Part shown: in pieces, positions 28,907 to 39,174 of the stretch
How the letters are laid out: each line of letters starts with the position of its first letter
How positions within the stretch are numbered: position 1 is the first letter of the stretch
Assembly: GCA_963734535.1 (NCBI GenBank)
Contig: CAVTHS010000014.1
Location: 275,654-339,653 of the forward strand
DNA length: 64,000 bases
Reading direction: 5' to 3'
Origin: an uncultured Chloroflexia bacterium
Lineage (GTDB): Bacteria > Chloroflexota > Limnocylindria > Limnocylindrales > CSP1-4
Position numbers and translations under genes: made by a program
The notes under the pieces: generated by a model
Seen by the model: the letters and a program-made list of their open reading frames with translations, nothing else
Database searches by the model: none
What the model was told of the DNA's origin: nothing

Positions 28907-28930
28907 CAGCGGTCGCGCGACACTGTCGGG

Positions 28931-30625
28931 ATGACGACGACCCCCGGCGCGACAGGCGCCTCGCCCCTCCCCGGCGCCCGACCCGTCCGCGCGCCGCGCG
29001 GCACCGAGCTTTCGTGTCGCGGCTGGCAGCAGGAGGCGGTCCTCCGGATGCTCATGAACAACCTGGACCCGGAGGTGGCCGAGAACCCGGATGCGCTCGT
29101 CGTGTACGGAGGGACCGGCCGGGCTGCGCGATCCTGGGAGGCGTTCGATGTGATCGTCCGCGAGCTGCGTGCGCTCGCGGACGACGAGACGCTCCTCGTC
29201 CAGTCCGGCAAGCCGGTCGGCGTGTTCCGGACACACCCGTGGGCGCCGCGGGTCCTGATCGCGAACTCGAACCTGGTGGGGAAGTGGGCGACCTGGGAGC
29301 ACTTCCGCGAGCTGGAGCGCGCCGGCCTGATGATGTACGGCCAGATGACGGCCGGCTCATGGATCTACATCGGGACGCAGGGGATCCTCCAGGGCACGTA
29401 CGAGACGTTCGCCGAGCTGGCCCGGCAGCATTTCGGCGGGACGTTGCGCGGCCGTGTCGTCCTGACCGCGGGACTCGGCGGGATGGGCGGCGCCCAGCCG
29501 CTGGCCGTGACGATGAACGACGGCGTGGTGATCTGCGTGGAGGTCGACGAGGCGCGGGCCCGCCGCAGGCACGAGATGGGGTTCGTGGACCGGCTCACCC
29601 ACGACCCGGACGAGGCGCTCGGGTGGGCGCGCGCGGCCGCGGCCGCCGGGGAGCCCCTCAGCATCGCCCTCGTCGGTAACGCCGCGGAGACGCATCCGGA
29701 GTTCGTGCGTCGCGGCGAACGCTTTGACGCAGTGACGGACCAGACCTCGGCGCACGACGCGCTCGGCGGCTATGTCCCGCCGGAGATCGCGCTTGCCGAC
29801 GCGGTCGCGCTGCGCCAGGCCCAGCCCGAGGTGTACGAGCGGCGCGCGATGGCCGGCATGGCCGCCCACGTCCGCGCGATGCTCGCGATGCAGGAGGCCG
29901 GCTCGGTCGTCTTCGACTACGGCAACAACATCCGGGCGCAGGCCCAGGCCGCCGGCGTGGCGAACGCATTCGACTTCGAGGGGTTCGTGCCGCTCTTCAT
30001 CCGGCCCCAGTTCTGCGAGGGTCGCGGGCCGTTCCGCTGGGTGGCCCTCTCCGGCGACCCGGCCGACATCCTGCGCACCGACGCGGAGATCCTGCGCCTG
30101 TTCCCGGACGACGACGGCCTCCGCCGCTGGATCGAGATGGCCCAGGCGAAGGTCCCCTTCCAGGGGCTGCCGGCTCGCATCTGCTGGCTGGGATACGGCG
30201 AGCGGGCGAAGGCGGGGCTGGCCTTCAACGAGCTCGTGCGGCGGGGCGAGGTGCAGGCGCCCATCGTGATCGGCCGCGACCACCTGGACTCGGGGTCGGT
30301 GGCGTCGCCCAACCGCGAGACCGAAGGGATGCGGGACGGGACGGACGCCGTCGCGGACTGGCCGCTCCTCAACGCCCTCGTGAACACCGCGGCGGGCGCG
30401 ACGTGGGTCAGCATTCACCACGGTGGCGGCGTCGGGATCGGCTACAGCCAGCACGCCGGGATGGTGGTCGTCGCGGACGGGACGGACCTCGCGGCGCAGA
30501 AGCTGGAGCGGGTCCTGGCCAGCGACCCGGGGATGGGCGTGATCCGGCACGCCGACGCCGGCTACGAGCGCGCCATCGAGGTTGCGCGGGAGCGCGGCGT
30601 GCACATCCCGATGCTGGAGGACTGA
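28931..30625 (+). CDS. hutU: urocanate hydratase
   Basis: [48 protein letters not shown]. Confidence 0.98.
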   Translation: MTTTPGATGASPLPGARPVRAPRGTELSCRGWQQEAVLRMLMNNLDPEVAENPDALVVYGGTGRAARSWEAFDVIVRELRALADDETLLVQSGKPVGVFRTHPWAPRVLIANSNLVGKWATWEHFRELERAGLMMYGQMTAGSWIYIGTQGILQGTYETFAELARQHFGGTLRGRVVLTAGLGGMGGAQPLAVTMNDGVVICVEVDEARARRRHEMGFVDRLTHDPDEALGWARAAAAAGEPLSIALVGNAAETHPEFVRRGERFDAVTDQTSAHDALGGYVPPEIALADAVALRQAQPEVYERRAMAGMAAHVRAMLAMQEAGSVVFDYGNNIRAQAQAAGVANAFDFEGFVPLFIRPQFCEGRGPFRWVALSGDPADILRTDAEILRLFPDDDGLRRWIEMAQAKVPFQGLPARICWLGYGERAKAGLAFNELVRRGEVQAPIVIGRDHLDSGSVASPNRETEGMRDGTDAVADWPLLNALVNTAAGATWVSIHHGGGVGIGYSQHAGMVVVADGTDLAAQKLERVLASDPGMGVIRHADAGYERAIEVARERGVHIPMLED

Positions 30626-30627
30626 CG

Positions 30628-31953
30628 TCAGGCAGGGGCCACGCCACCGGCGGGGCCGCCGGGCCCGCCCCCGGAATCGGCGGCGCCCGCGTCGTCCTCG
30701 ACTGGCTCCGGCATCGTCACGATCGACCGCACCGACGATAGGGCCACCGGCACGAACGCGACCAGCCCGCCGATGGCGCCCACCACGATGGTCGCGTGCA
30801 GGCCGATGAGGCCGCCGAGCGCGGCACCCGCGACCGAACCGAGCGGGATCGTTCCCCAGACGATGAACCGCATGGTCGCGTTCATCCTGCCCTGCATCCG
30901 CGGCGGGGTGATGGCCTGGCGCAGCGAGACCTGGTTGATGTTCCACGCGACGCCGAAGAACCCGCCCACGAAGACGAAGAGCGCAACGGCCGGGAATATG
31001 AGCCCGTCCGGCGCGAACGCCACCGGGATTCCCTCGAGGCTGAAGCCGATCGACGACAGGACAAGCATCCGGCCCACCCCGACCCGGGCGGTGACCCGGC
31101 TCGTCGTGAGGGCGGCCAGGAGGACACCGAGGGATCCGATGGAGAAGGCGAACCCGATCGCCTCGGGCGCCATGGCGCGCTCACGGGCAAGGTAGAGAAT
31201 CAGGATCGAGATGAACACGTTCCCGAAGAAGTTCGAGGTCCCGGTCGTCGCGGCGATCGAGCGCAGCCAGCGGTGTCCGGCGACGTACCGCAGCCCGACC
31301 GCGATCTCGGCGCGCATCGACGGCTTCGGCCCATGGGCCGCCTCATCATGGGGTGCGATCGGCGGTTCGGGGCGACGGATGAGGAAGACGAACACCGCCG
31401 ACCAGACGTAGCTGGCCGCGTCGATCGTCATCGCGAACGGCGCCCGCAGCAGGCCGATGAGCACCCCGGCCATCCCGGGGCCCACGATCTGCGAGGCGGA
31501 CCGGGTGATCTCGAGCTTCGAGTTCCCCTCGACGAGCTGGTCGCGCTCCACGATCGACGGCAGGTAGCTCTGGTAGGCGACGTCGAAGAAGACCGTCAGG
31601 CACCCGTTCACGAAGCCGACGGCGTAGAGCTGCCAGATGGTCAGCCCGTTGAGCGCGAATGCGACCGGGATCGAGCCGATTGCGGCGGCCCGCCCGAGGT
31701 CGGCGGCGATCAGGATCGGGCGACGGCGCAGCCTGTCCACCCAGACACCGGCGGGCAGGCTCAGAAGGATGAACGGCAGGAACTCGATCGTCGTCAACAG
31801 GCCGAACTCGAAGGGACTGACCCTGAGCGTGGTCGCCGCGATGATCGGCAATGCGAGCTGCGTGATCGCGGTCCCGAAGACCGAGACGGTCTCGCCCGTC
31901 CAGAGCTTGAGGAAATCGGGGTGGCGCAGGAGGCTGCGACTCGGTGACGCCAT
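30628..31953 (-). CDS. MFS transporter
   Basis: LWTGETVSVFG, AGVWVDRLRRR, PPRMQGR; many TM segments. Confidence 0.9.
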   Translation of the reverse strand: MASPSRSLLRHPDFLKLWTGETVSVFGTAITQLALPIIAATTLRVSPFEFGLLTTIEFLPFILLSLPAGVWVDRLRRRPILIAADLGRAAAIGSIPVAFALNGLTIWQLYAVGFVNGCLTVFFDVAYQSYLPSIVERDQLVEGNSKLEITRSASQIVGPGMAGVLIGLLRAPFAMTIDAASYVWSAVFVFLIRRPEPPIAPHDEAAHGPKPSMRAEIAVGLRYVAGHRWLRSIAATTGTSNFFGNVFISILILYLARERAMAPEAIGFAFSIGSLGVLLAALTTSRVTARVGVGRMLVLSSIGFSLEGIPVAFAPDGLIFPAVALFVFVGGFFGVAWNINQVSLRQAITPPRMQGRMNATMRFIVWGTIPLGSVAGAALGGLIGLHATIVVGAIGGLVAFVPVALSSVRSIVTMPEPVEDDAGAADSGGGPGGPAGGVAPA

Positions 31954-32083
31954 GAGGGCGGAGTGTATCCCGGCGGGTGCGCGGCGCCTGTGCCTGCGAT
32001 CGCCTGCTCCCTCCAGCCGCGCCGCCGCCGCCCATCGCGACGGGACGCGGACGACGCGCCCGCCCTGCCTGTAGCATCGATCC

Positions 32084-33052
32084 GTGCTGGTCGAAAGCGT
32101 CCCGAACGTGTCCGAGGGCCGCCGCCTGGACGTCGTGGAGCGGCTGGCGTCGGCCGCCGCGAGCGTGCCCGGCGTGCATCTCCTCGACCGCACGAGCGAC
32201 GCCTCGCACAACCGGAGCGTGTTCACGCTCGCCGGCGAGGTCGAAGCCGTGACCGTCGGTCTCGAACGGCTGGTCACGACGGCGCTGGACGAGATCGACA
32301 TGCGGACGCAGACCGGCGAGCACCCGCGGATCGGCGCCGTGGACGTTGTCCCGTTCGTCCCGCTCGGCGACACGACGCTGGCGGAGTGCGTCGGGTTCGC
32401 CCGCGACTTCGGGCGCGGCGTCGCCGAGCGATTCGGCCTGCCGGTCTACCTGTATGCCGCGGCGGCCACGCGGCCGGACCGGGTCAGGCTCGCGGACGTT
32501 CGGCGCGGGCAGTACGAGGGGCTGGTCGTGGAGATCACGACGGCCGGGCGCGAGCCGGACTTCGGCCCCGCGCGGATGCACCCCCGCGGCGGGGCGATCG
32601 CGGTCGGGGCGCGGCCGTTTCTCGTCGCCTGGAACATCAACCTCGAATCGACGGATCTCGGCCTCGCGAAGCGGATCGCGCACCGAATCCGCGAGTCGTC
32701 CGGCGGCCTGCCCGCTGTCCAGGCCAAGGGCTTCTGGATCGCTGAGCTCGGGTGCGCCCAGGTCTCGATGAACCTCCTCGACGTCGCCACCACGCCGATC
32801 TGGCGCGCCTGGGAGCTGGTGGCCGAGGAGGCGGCAGCGGACGGCGTGGGGCTCAGCGAGTCCGAGCTGATCGGCCTCGCGCCCCTGTCGGCGCTCCTCG
32901 ACGTCGCCGACCACGCCGGAGCCCCGGCCGGTGCGACCGACGAGGAGCGCGTGCTGGCCGCCGGGGCCTTTCTGCGGCTTCGGGACGCGTCGCCGCTGCA
33001 GGCGCTCGAGCTGCGGCTGCGCGCTGCGTCGACCGAGAACGTCGGGACGTGA
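32084..33052 (+). CDS. ftcD: glutamate formimidoyltransferase
   Basis: ESVPNVSEGR, HNRSVFT, GEHPRIGAVDVVPFVP, QVSMNL. Confidence 0.93.
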   Translation: MLVESVPNVSEGRRLDVVERLASAAASVPGVHLLDRTSDASHNRSVFTLAGEVEAVTVGLERLVTTALDEIDMRTQTGEHPRIGAVDVVPFVPLGDTTLAECVGFARDFGRGVAERFGLPVYLYAAAATRPDRVRLADVRRGQYEGLVVEITTAGREPDFGPARMHPRGGAIAVGARPFLVAWNINLESTDLGLAKRIAHRIRESSGGLPAVQAKGFWIAELGCAQVSMNLLDVATTPIWRAWELVAEEAAADGVGLSESELIGLAPLSALLDVADHAGAPAGATDEERVLAAGAFLRLRDASPLQALELRLRAASTENVGT

Positions 33053-34371
33053 GCGCCGCGCCGCGCGCGATCCTGGTCACCGGCGCGGCCGAGGTCGCGA
33101 CGTGTGCGGGCGGGCTTCGTCGCGGTAGCGCCCAGGACGACCCGGCGATCGCCCCGCCCGGTACCGCGGTCGCGTGCCTCGACGGGCGTATCGTCTCCGT
33201 GGCCCCGGAGCCCGAGGCGCGCGATGCGCTGGCCGCCGCGCTCGTTGAGGTCGGCGCCTCGCCGGACGCGTGCGACGTCATCGACGCCACCGGTTGCACC
33301 GTCACGCCGGGCCTCGTGGACCCGCACACGCACCTGCTCTTCGGCGGCAGCCGGGAGGGCGAGGTCGTCCTCCGGCAGCGCGGCGCGAGCTACCTCGAGA
33401 TCCTCGCTTCCGGCGGTGGGATCCTCGCGACGGTTGCCGCGACGCGGGCGGCGTCGGACCGGGAGCTCGCCGCGCACGGGCGCCGCTGGCTGGGCGAGAT
33501 GCTTCGTCACGGCGCGACCACGGTCGAGGCGAAGTCCGGCTACGGCCTCGACACGACGACCGAGCTGCGGCTGCTTGCGATCGCGGGCCGTCTCGGCGCC
33601 GACGGCCCGGTCGACGTGATTCCCACGTTCCTCGGCGCGCACGCGGTCCCGTCCGAGGTCCGGGCGGCCCATCCGGACGCGGCCGCCGCGACGGAGGCGT
33701 ATGTCCGGGCCGTCATCGAGGAGCAGCTTCCTGCCGTCGCCGCCCAGGGGGTCGCCCGATCGGTGGACGTCTTCTGCGAGACCGGGGTCTTCTCGCCGGA
33801 CCAGGCGCGACGAATCCTGCAGGCGGCCCGCGATCGAGGGCTGGAGATCCGGCTTCACGCGGACGAGCTGGCGCCATCGGGCGCGGCCGAGCTCGCGGCG
33901 GAGCTCGGCGCGCTCTCCGCGGACCACCTCGGCTGCCCGTCGTCGGCCGGGATCGGTGCGCTTGCGGCTGCGGCGGGGAGTGCCCGCCCGGTCGTGGCCG
34001 TTCTGCTGCCCACGGTCCCCTGGTTCCTCGGCCTGGAGCTTCGCGAGCCTGCCCGCGAGCTCATCGAGGCGGGTGTCCCCGTCGCGATCGGGACCGATTT
34101 CAACCCCGGCACGTCGCCGGTCCCGAGCCTGCCGCTCGCGATGTCGGTGGCGATGCTCCGGCTCGGGCTGACGCCATCCGAGGTGCTCGCCGCGACGACG
34201 GTCAACGCTGCCGCGGCGCTCGGGCTCGCGGACCGCGGTGCGCTGGAGCCGGGTCGCCGCGCGGACCTCGTCGTGTGGGACGTGCCGACCCACGCCCAGC
34301 TGCCGTACTGGGCGGGTGCGGGCCTGGCCCGGGTGGTCATCGCGGGCGGGAGGCAGGTCTTCGAGCGCTGA
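33049..34371 (+). CDS. hutI: imidazolonepropionase
   Basis: DPHTH, EAKSGYG, FLGAH, DVFCE, HADE, TDFNPG. Confidence 0.95.
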   Translation: MSAAPRAILVTGAAEVATCAGGLRRGSAQDDPAIAPPGTAVACLDGRIVSVAPEPEARDALAAALVEVGASPDACDVIDATGCTVTPGLVDPHTHLLFGGSREGEVVLRQRGASYLEILASGGGILATVAATRAASDRELAAHGRRWLGEMLRHGATTVEAKSGYGLDTTTELRLLAIAGRLGADGPVDVIPTFLGAHAVPSEVRAAHPDAAAATEAYVRAVIEEQLPAVAAQGVARSVDVFCETGVFSPDQARRILQAARDRGLEIRLHADELAPSGAAELAAELGALSADHLGCPSSAGIGALAAAAGSARPVVAVLLPTVPWFLGLELREPARELIEAGVPVAIGTDFNPGTSPVPSLPLAMSVAMLRLGLTPSEVLAATTVNAAAALGLADRGALEPGRRADLVVWDVPTHAQLPYWAGAGLARVVIAGGRQVFER

Positions 34372-34475
34372 GCGTTGGCGCGTCGTGCGCGCGAGGCGGG
34401 CGACCGGCGCGGCCGCACGGGACCGGGCGTCGACCCCGCACGCCCCAGAGGCGGCGGCCGAACCCGCTGATGGAG

Positions 34476-35150
34476 CTAGATCCTGCCGCGCGACTCCAGG
34501 AGCACGGTCGTGGTCTCGTCGGGCACGCTGCTCGGCGTGACGGTCAGCTTCGCCTGGGGCGCGATGTCCTTGGCGCCCATCTCGTGCAGGAACCTGGCGA
34601 GCGCCTCGTCGCATTCCCGCTCGTCCTCGCACACCGGCATCGGCACGACGATCTTCGGGTCGAGCTGGGCGATGACCTCGGCCGCGTGCGTCGCGCTCAG
34701 CTGCCCGCCGATCGGGACGCAGGCGACGTCGATCGGGCCGATCTCGCCGATCTTCTCCTCGGTCAGGATGTGGGCGATGTCGCCCAGGTGCGCGACGCGG
34801 ATGCCGTCGAGCTCAACGGCGAAGACGACGTTGCGTCCGCGGTCGGCCCCGTGCTTGTCGTCCCGGAAGGTCCGGACGCCCGTGACCAGGACGTGCTTGA
34901 CCTCGTACTCGCCTGGTCCCTCGAGCACGAACGCATGCTCCAGGCTCGTCGGGAGGTGGATCCCGCCGTCGCGCGTGGTAACGCCCTTGGCGCGAGACAG
35001 CGGGTCATCGTCCGGGTGGCTGAACGTGACGATGTCGCCGGTGATGCCGCGACCGGTCGGCCCGACGACGGCCGGGTACGCATCCGCAACCACCACGGCG
35101 TCTTTGCCCTTGAGGCGGACGCACGTGCGTCCGAACCACTGCAATTCCAT
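34476..35150 (-). CDS. MBL-fold protein, metal motif degenerate
   Basis: MELQWFG, GPGEYEV, HLGD, PIGG; SHPDDD instead of HxHxDH. Confidence 0.8.
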   Translation of the reverse strand: MELQWFGRTCVRLKGKDAVVVADAYPAVVGPTGRGITGDIVTFSHPDDDPLSRAKGVTTRDGGIHLPTSLEHAFVLEGPGEYEVKHVLVTGVRTFRDDKHGADRGRNVVFAVELDGIRVAHLGDIAHILTEEKIGEIGPIDVACVPIGGQLSATHAAEVIAQLDPKIVVPMPVCEDERECDEALARFLHEMGAKDIAPQAKLTVTPSSVPDETTTVLLESRGRI

Positions 35151-35246
35151 GTCCCAATTCTGCCATGCGGCGGTTACCGGGCGTTGCCCGCGGGCGGCTG
35201 ACGCGCCGCCGTGGTCGGTTCGTGTCGGCGGGGCCGAGGCCGCCCG

Positions 35247-35345
35247 GAAAAGGAGGACCGGGAGCGCCTGCCCAATTGGCGCTCCCGGTCGGAGGGAGGG
35301 AGGAAGGACCTGGCGGCTCGGAGGGTTTCGTTCCGCAGCTCCTTG
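35247..35345 (-). ncRNA. candidate small RNA with CU-rich anti-SD tract and intrinsic terminator
   Basis: -10 TACTCT (35352-35357), 5' stem, CCTCCCTCCCTCC, 13-bp perfect hairpin 35256-35290, then CTCCTTTT. Confidence 0.55.
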
Positions 35346-35582
35346 ACCTGAAGAGTACGCAACGCGGGTGAATCCCCAAGACGGCAGACGATGAAGAAAC
35401 CGCTATATCCGGCGTCGCGCATGACGCCGTCCGACGTCGCGCACGACCCGTGGCGTCGCGCACGACTCGCTCGCGGCGGCGCGCACGACGCTCGAGGCGC
35501 GCACGACTCGCTCTCCGGGGCGTGTCGACTCCCACGCGGGGCGCGTGCGGGCACCTCGGGGGCCGCGTGCGACAATCCAGCC

Positions 35583-36968
35583 ATGCTCTCCAGCCTGGTT
35601 CCCGAGCGCGCCGGGCGTGCCACGCGCTCTCGCGGGACCGCGCGAGCCGTCCTCGGACTCCTCGTCACCGGCGCTGCTCCTGATTGGCTGCGGATCGAAC
35701 GGCCCGTCGCCGGCGCAGTCGACGATCCCATGGCCGCCGCCGCGTCCCCGGCGGCCTCGACCCCGAGCGCGACGAGCCCCAACCCGGTTTCCCAGAGCCC
35801 AGGCCCGAACGCATCCGTCGACACCGCCGCGCTCTACCGCCAGATCGAGGACGACGTCATCGCGCTCCGCGGGCTGCCCGCGAAGCAGCGCCTCATCCCG
35901 ACGATCCTCGACGAGGCGCAGGTCCGGGTCCGCCTGGAGGCGCAGTTCCGCGCCGAGAACCCCCCCGCGGAGATCGCGGCATCCCAGGCGACGCTCATCG
36001 CGATGGGCCTCCTGCCGCCCGGCACGTCGCTCGAGACCCTGTACGTGAACCTTCTCGGATCGCAGGTCGCCGGCTACTACGATCCCGCGACGAAGCAGAT
36101 CTACGTCGTCGCGCGAACTGGCCGGATCGGGGCGGTCGAGAAGGTCACGTTCGCGCACGAGTTCACGCACGCGCTCCAGGACCAGAACTTCGGGCTCGAA
36201 GGAATCCAGACGGACGCCATCGGGCAGGGGGATCGATCGATGGCGCGCCTCGCGCTCATCGAGGGCGACGCGTCGCTGCTGATGACCCAGTGGCTGACCG
36301 GCCACCTCGACACCGCCGGGATCTCGGAGATCCTGGCCGGCGATCCGGCTGCACAGGCACAGCTGGACGCGGCCCCGCCCTTCATCCGCGACGGGCTGCT
36401 CTTCCCGTACATGCAGGGCGTCCTGTTCGTCAGCTCGATCTGGGCGAACGGCGGGTGGAAGGCGGTTGACCGTGCCTTCGGGAGGCTGCCGGACTCGACC
36501 GAGCAGGTGCTCCACGTCGACAAGTACGCAGCCGACGAGCGTCCGGTCACCGTGCCCCTCGACGCGCCCGCGATCGCGGCGCGCCTTGGTGCCGGTTGGA
36601 AGGCCACGCCGGCCGACACCCTGGGCGAGTTCCAGGTTGGCTCGTGGCTGCGGGCACGCGGCGTGACGGGCGCGGGCGGCGGCGTGAGCGGCGATGCCGC
36701 GGCCGCGGGATGGGGCGGCGACCGCTACGCGCTGATCGACGGCCCGAACGGGGCCTACGCGCTGGTCGTCCTCACCACGTGGGACACGCCCGCCGACGCG
36801 ACGGAGTTCTCGACCGCGGCCACCGAGGCGATACGCGGGGTCCCGGGCGAGGCGCGGGTGGCGAGGATCGCGTCCGGCGCCGCGATCCCGGGGGGCGCGG
36901 AGGTGGCGGTCCTGTTCGCGAGCGATGCCTCGACGCTCGAGAAGCTGGCGGCCGCGGCGCTGCCCTGA
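35583..36968 (+). CDS. exported/lipoprotein zincin-like protein
   Basis: GYYDP, HEFTHALQDQ, IEGDA, FPY; lipobox-like LLIGC in an adjacent frame. Confidence 0.75.
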   Translation: MLSSLVPERAGRATRSRGTARAVLGLLVTGAAPDWLRIERPVAGAVDDPMAAAASPAASTPSATSPNPVSQSPGPNASVDTAALYRQIEDDVIALRGLPAKQRLIPTILDEAQVRVRLEAQFRAENPPAEIAASQATLIAMGLLPPGTSLETLYVNLLGSQVAGYYDPATKQIYVVARTGRIGAVEKVTFAHEFTHALQDQNFGLEGIQTDAIGQGDRSMARLALIEGDASLLMTQWLTGHLDTAGISEILAGDPAAQAQLDAAPPFIRDGLLFPYMQGVLFVSSIWANGGWKAVDRAFGRLPDSTEQVLHVDKYAADERPVTVPLDAPAIAARLGAGWKATPADTLGEFQVGSWLRARGVTGAGGGVSGDAAAAGWGGDRYALIDGPNGAYALVVLTTWDTPADATEFSTAATEAIRGVPGEARVARIASGAAIPGGAEVAVLFASDASTLEKLAAAALP

Positions 36969-37046
36969 CCCGGGCTGCACCCGGCCCCGGTCGGGCGGGG
37001 ACGGACCAGGCCGCACGGCTCGCCGATCGTCCGCGCCTGATCTCGC

Positions 37047-38738
37047 CTACATCGCCTCCGGCGCGGAGATCCCCAGGAGGCCGAGCGCGCCGGCGAGCGT
37101 CAGCTGCGTCGCTCGCACGAGCGACAGCCGGGCGACCGAGCGCTCCGGCTCGGCCGGGTCGACCACGCGCGCGTCCCGGTAGAACGCGTGGAACTGGGTC
37201 GCGAGGTCGGTCGCGTACCCCGTGATCCCGTGTGTCTCCTCGGCCGACGCCGCGTCCTCGACGACCTCCGGGAAGCGGGTCAGCGCCCGGGCAAGCGCCG
37301 CCTCCGGCGCACCAGCGATCGCGGCCGGACCGAACGCTGCTCCGGGCGCGAGGCCCGCTTCGGCTGCCTTGCGGATGATCGAGGCGATCCGGGCGTGCGC
37401 GTACTGGACGTAGTAGACGGGATTCTCCGCCGACTGCTTCTTCGCGAGCTCGATGTCGAAGTCGATCCCGGAGGTGTATCCGCGCGCGGCGAAGAACCAG
37501 CGCGCCGCGTCGACGCCGATCTCCGAGAGCAGATCGTCGAGCGTGATGAACTCGCCCGCCCGCTTCGACATGGACACCTCGACGCCGTCCCGGACGAAGC
37601 GGACCCAGGCCATCAGGATCATCTGGACCGCCTCGCGGTCGTAGCCCATCGCGGCGGCGGCATTGCGAAGCCGCGCGACCGTCCCGTGGTGGTCGGCGCC
37701 CCAGATGTAGACGAGCCGGTCGAAGCCGCGACTGAACTTCTCGACGACGTAGCCGATGTCCGAGCCGAAGTACGTCCAGTCGCCGTTGGACTTGCGGACC
37801 ACGCGGTCCTTGTCGTCGCCGAACGCGGTCGAGCGGAACCAGAGCGCTCCGTCACCCTCGAAGAGCGCGCCAGCCGCCTCCAGGCGTTCGACCGCCCGCG
37901 CGACCCATCCGTCGCGATACAGCGAGCCTTCGCTCCTCCAGACGTCGAAGCGGACGCCGAGGTGTGCCAGCGATGCCTCGATCCCGGCCCTGACCCGCTC
38001 CGAGGCCCACTGGCCGACGACCTCGACCGGGTCCGCGCCCGTGACCTCTGCTGCGGCCCACACGTCGTCGGGAATCTCGGCCGCGAGCTCGCCGACGTAG
38101 GCGCCCCGGTAGGCCTCCTCCGGCAGCGGCTCGCTTCGCCGGAGCGCGACGACCGACGCGCCGAGGTTGCGCACCTGGGCCCCGAAATCGTTGAAGTAGT
38201 ACTCGCGCGTCACCTCGTGGCCGGCCGCCTCGAGCACCCGGCAGAGCAGGTCCCCCACGAACGCGCCCCGCGCGTTGCCGATGTGGAGCGGCCCGGTCGG
38301 GTTCGCGGACACGAACTCGACGTTGACGCGGTGCGGCGCGGCCGCCGGGACGTGGCCCCAGACGTCCGGGCGTGCCAGGACCGCCGCGACGACGTCCGCA
38401 AGCGCCGCGTCGGCGAGCGTCACGTTGAGGAAGCCGGGCGCGGCGACCGTCACGCTCCCGACGATGGAGCCGGGGCGTTCGGCGAGCTCGGCAGCGAGCG
38501 CCTCTGCGATCCGCAGCGGCGCCATCCGGCATGGCCGGGCCAGCTTCATCGCGAGGTTCGACGACAGATCGCCGTGCTCCGGGTTCCCCGGGCGCTCGAT
38601 CTCGATCTCGGGGCGCTCGAGGGCGGCAACGGGCGGCAGCGCGCCCGCGACGGTGGCACGTTCCCATGCAGCCTCGAGCGCGGTTCGCACGCGCGTGCGG
38701 AGCGGCACGAACATTGCGGGCTCGTCGGCCTGGTTCAC
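37047..38738 (-). CDS. argS: arginine--tRNA ligase
   Basis: EFVSANPTGPLHIGNAR, GADHHG, MSKRAG, YVQYAHAR; GGAGG RBS before GTG. Confidence 0.97.
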   Translation of the reverse strand: MNQADEPAMFVPLRTRVRTALEAAWERATVAGALPPVAALERPEIEIERPGNPEHGDLSSNLAMKLARPCRMAPLRIAEALAAELAERPGSIVGSVTVAAPGFLNVTLADAALADVVAAVLARPDVWGHVPAAAPHRVNVEFVSANPTGPLHIGNARGAFVGDLLCRVLEAAGHEVTREYYFNDFGAQVRNLGASVVALRRSEPLPEEAYRGAYVGELAAEIPDDVWAAAEVTGADPVEVVGQWASERVRAGIEASLAHLGVRFDVWRSEGSLYRDGWVARAVERLEAAGALFEGDGALWFRSTAFGDDKDRVVRKSNGDWTYFGSDIGYVVEKFSRGFDRLVYIWGADHHGTVARLRNAAAAMGYDREAVQMILMAWVRFVRDGVEVSMSKRAGEFITLDDLLSEIGVDAARWFFAARGYTSGIDFDIELAKKQSAENPVYYVQYAHARIASIIRKAAEAGLAPGAAFGPAAIAGAPEAALARALTRFPEVVEDAASAEETHGITGYATDLATQFHAFYRDARVVDPAEPERSVARLSLVRATQLTLAGALGLLGISAPEAM

Positions 38739-39174
38739 GCTGCCTCCTGGGGTGCTCCGAGGTTCGGGAACGGCGCCGCAAAGGGTACGGGCGGCCCGGG
38801 GCGCATCGTAGCCGAGCGACGATGCGGTGGTCCTCGCCGAGGTGTCAGCGTGTCGGTGACGGCCGCCATCGTCGGCACGGGAGGGAGCGATGCCTCCCGA
38901 CCCGTCAGCGGCTGCCCGGACCCAGTACGGCCGGGGGGGTGAGCCCGGTACCGGTTCGTTGCGGGCGCGCACCGACATTGCGCCGACGTGGGCGGAGCGG
39001 TGCGGTCCGGACCTCTCGCGCCACCCCACGAGTACTGGACGGTCCCTCAGCGCTCGGTCACCCTTGCCTGTGCAACAGGACCAATTGGCGCGTCTCTTCA
39101 TCTCCAAACGGCCCCGTCGCATCGTCGTCATCCGCGGCGCTCTTCGGCCGCACAGTTCGGGGACAGGGAGATCG

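Noticed and set aside
35247-35390. SRP RNA, 6S RNA or c-di-AMP riboswitch
   Set aside because: The SRP core CAGG..GGAA..AGCAG is absent and only a GGGTGAATCC fragment resembles ydaO; kept as an unclassified sRNA candidate.
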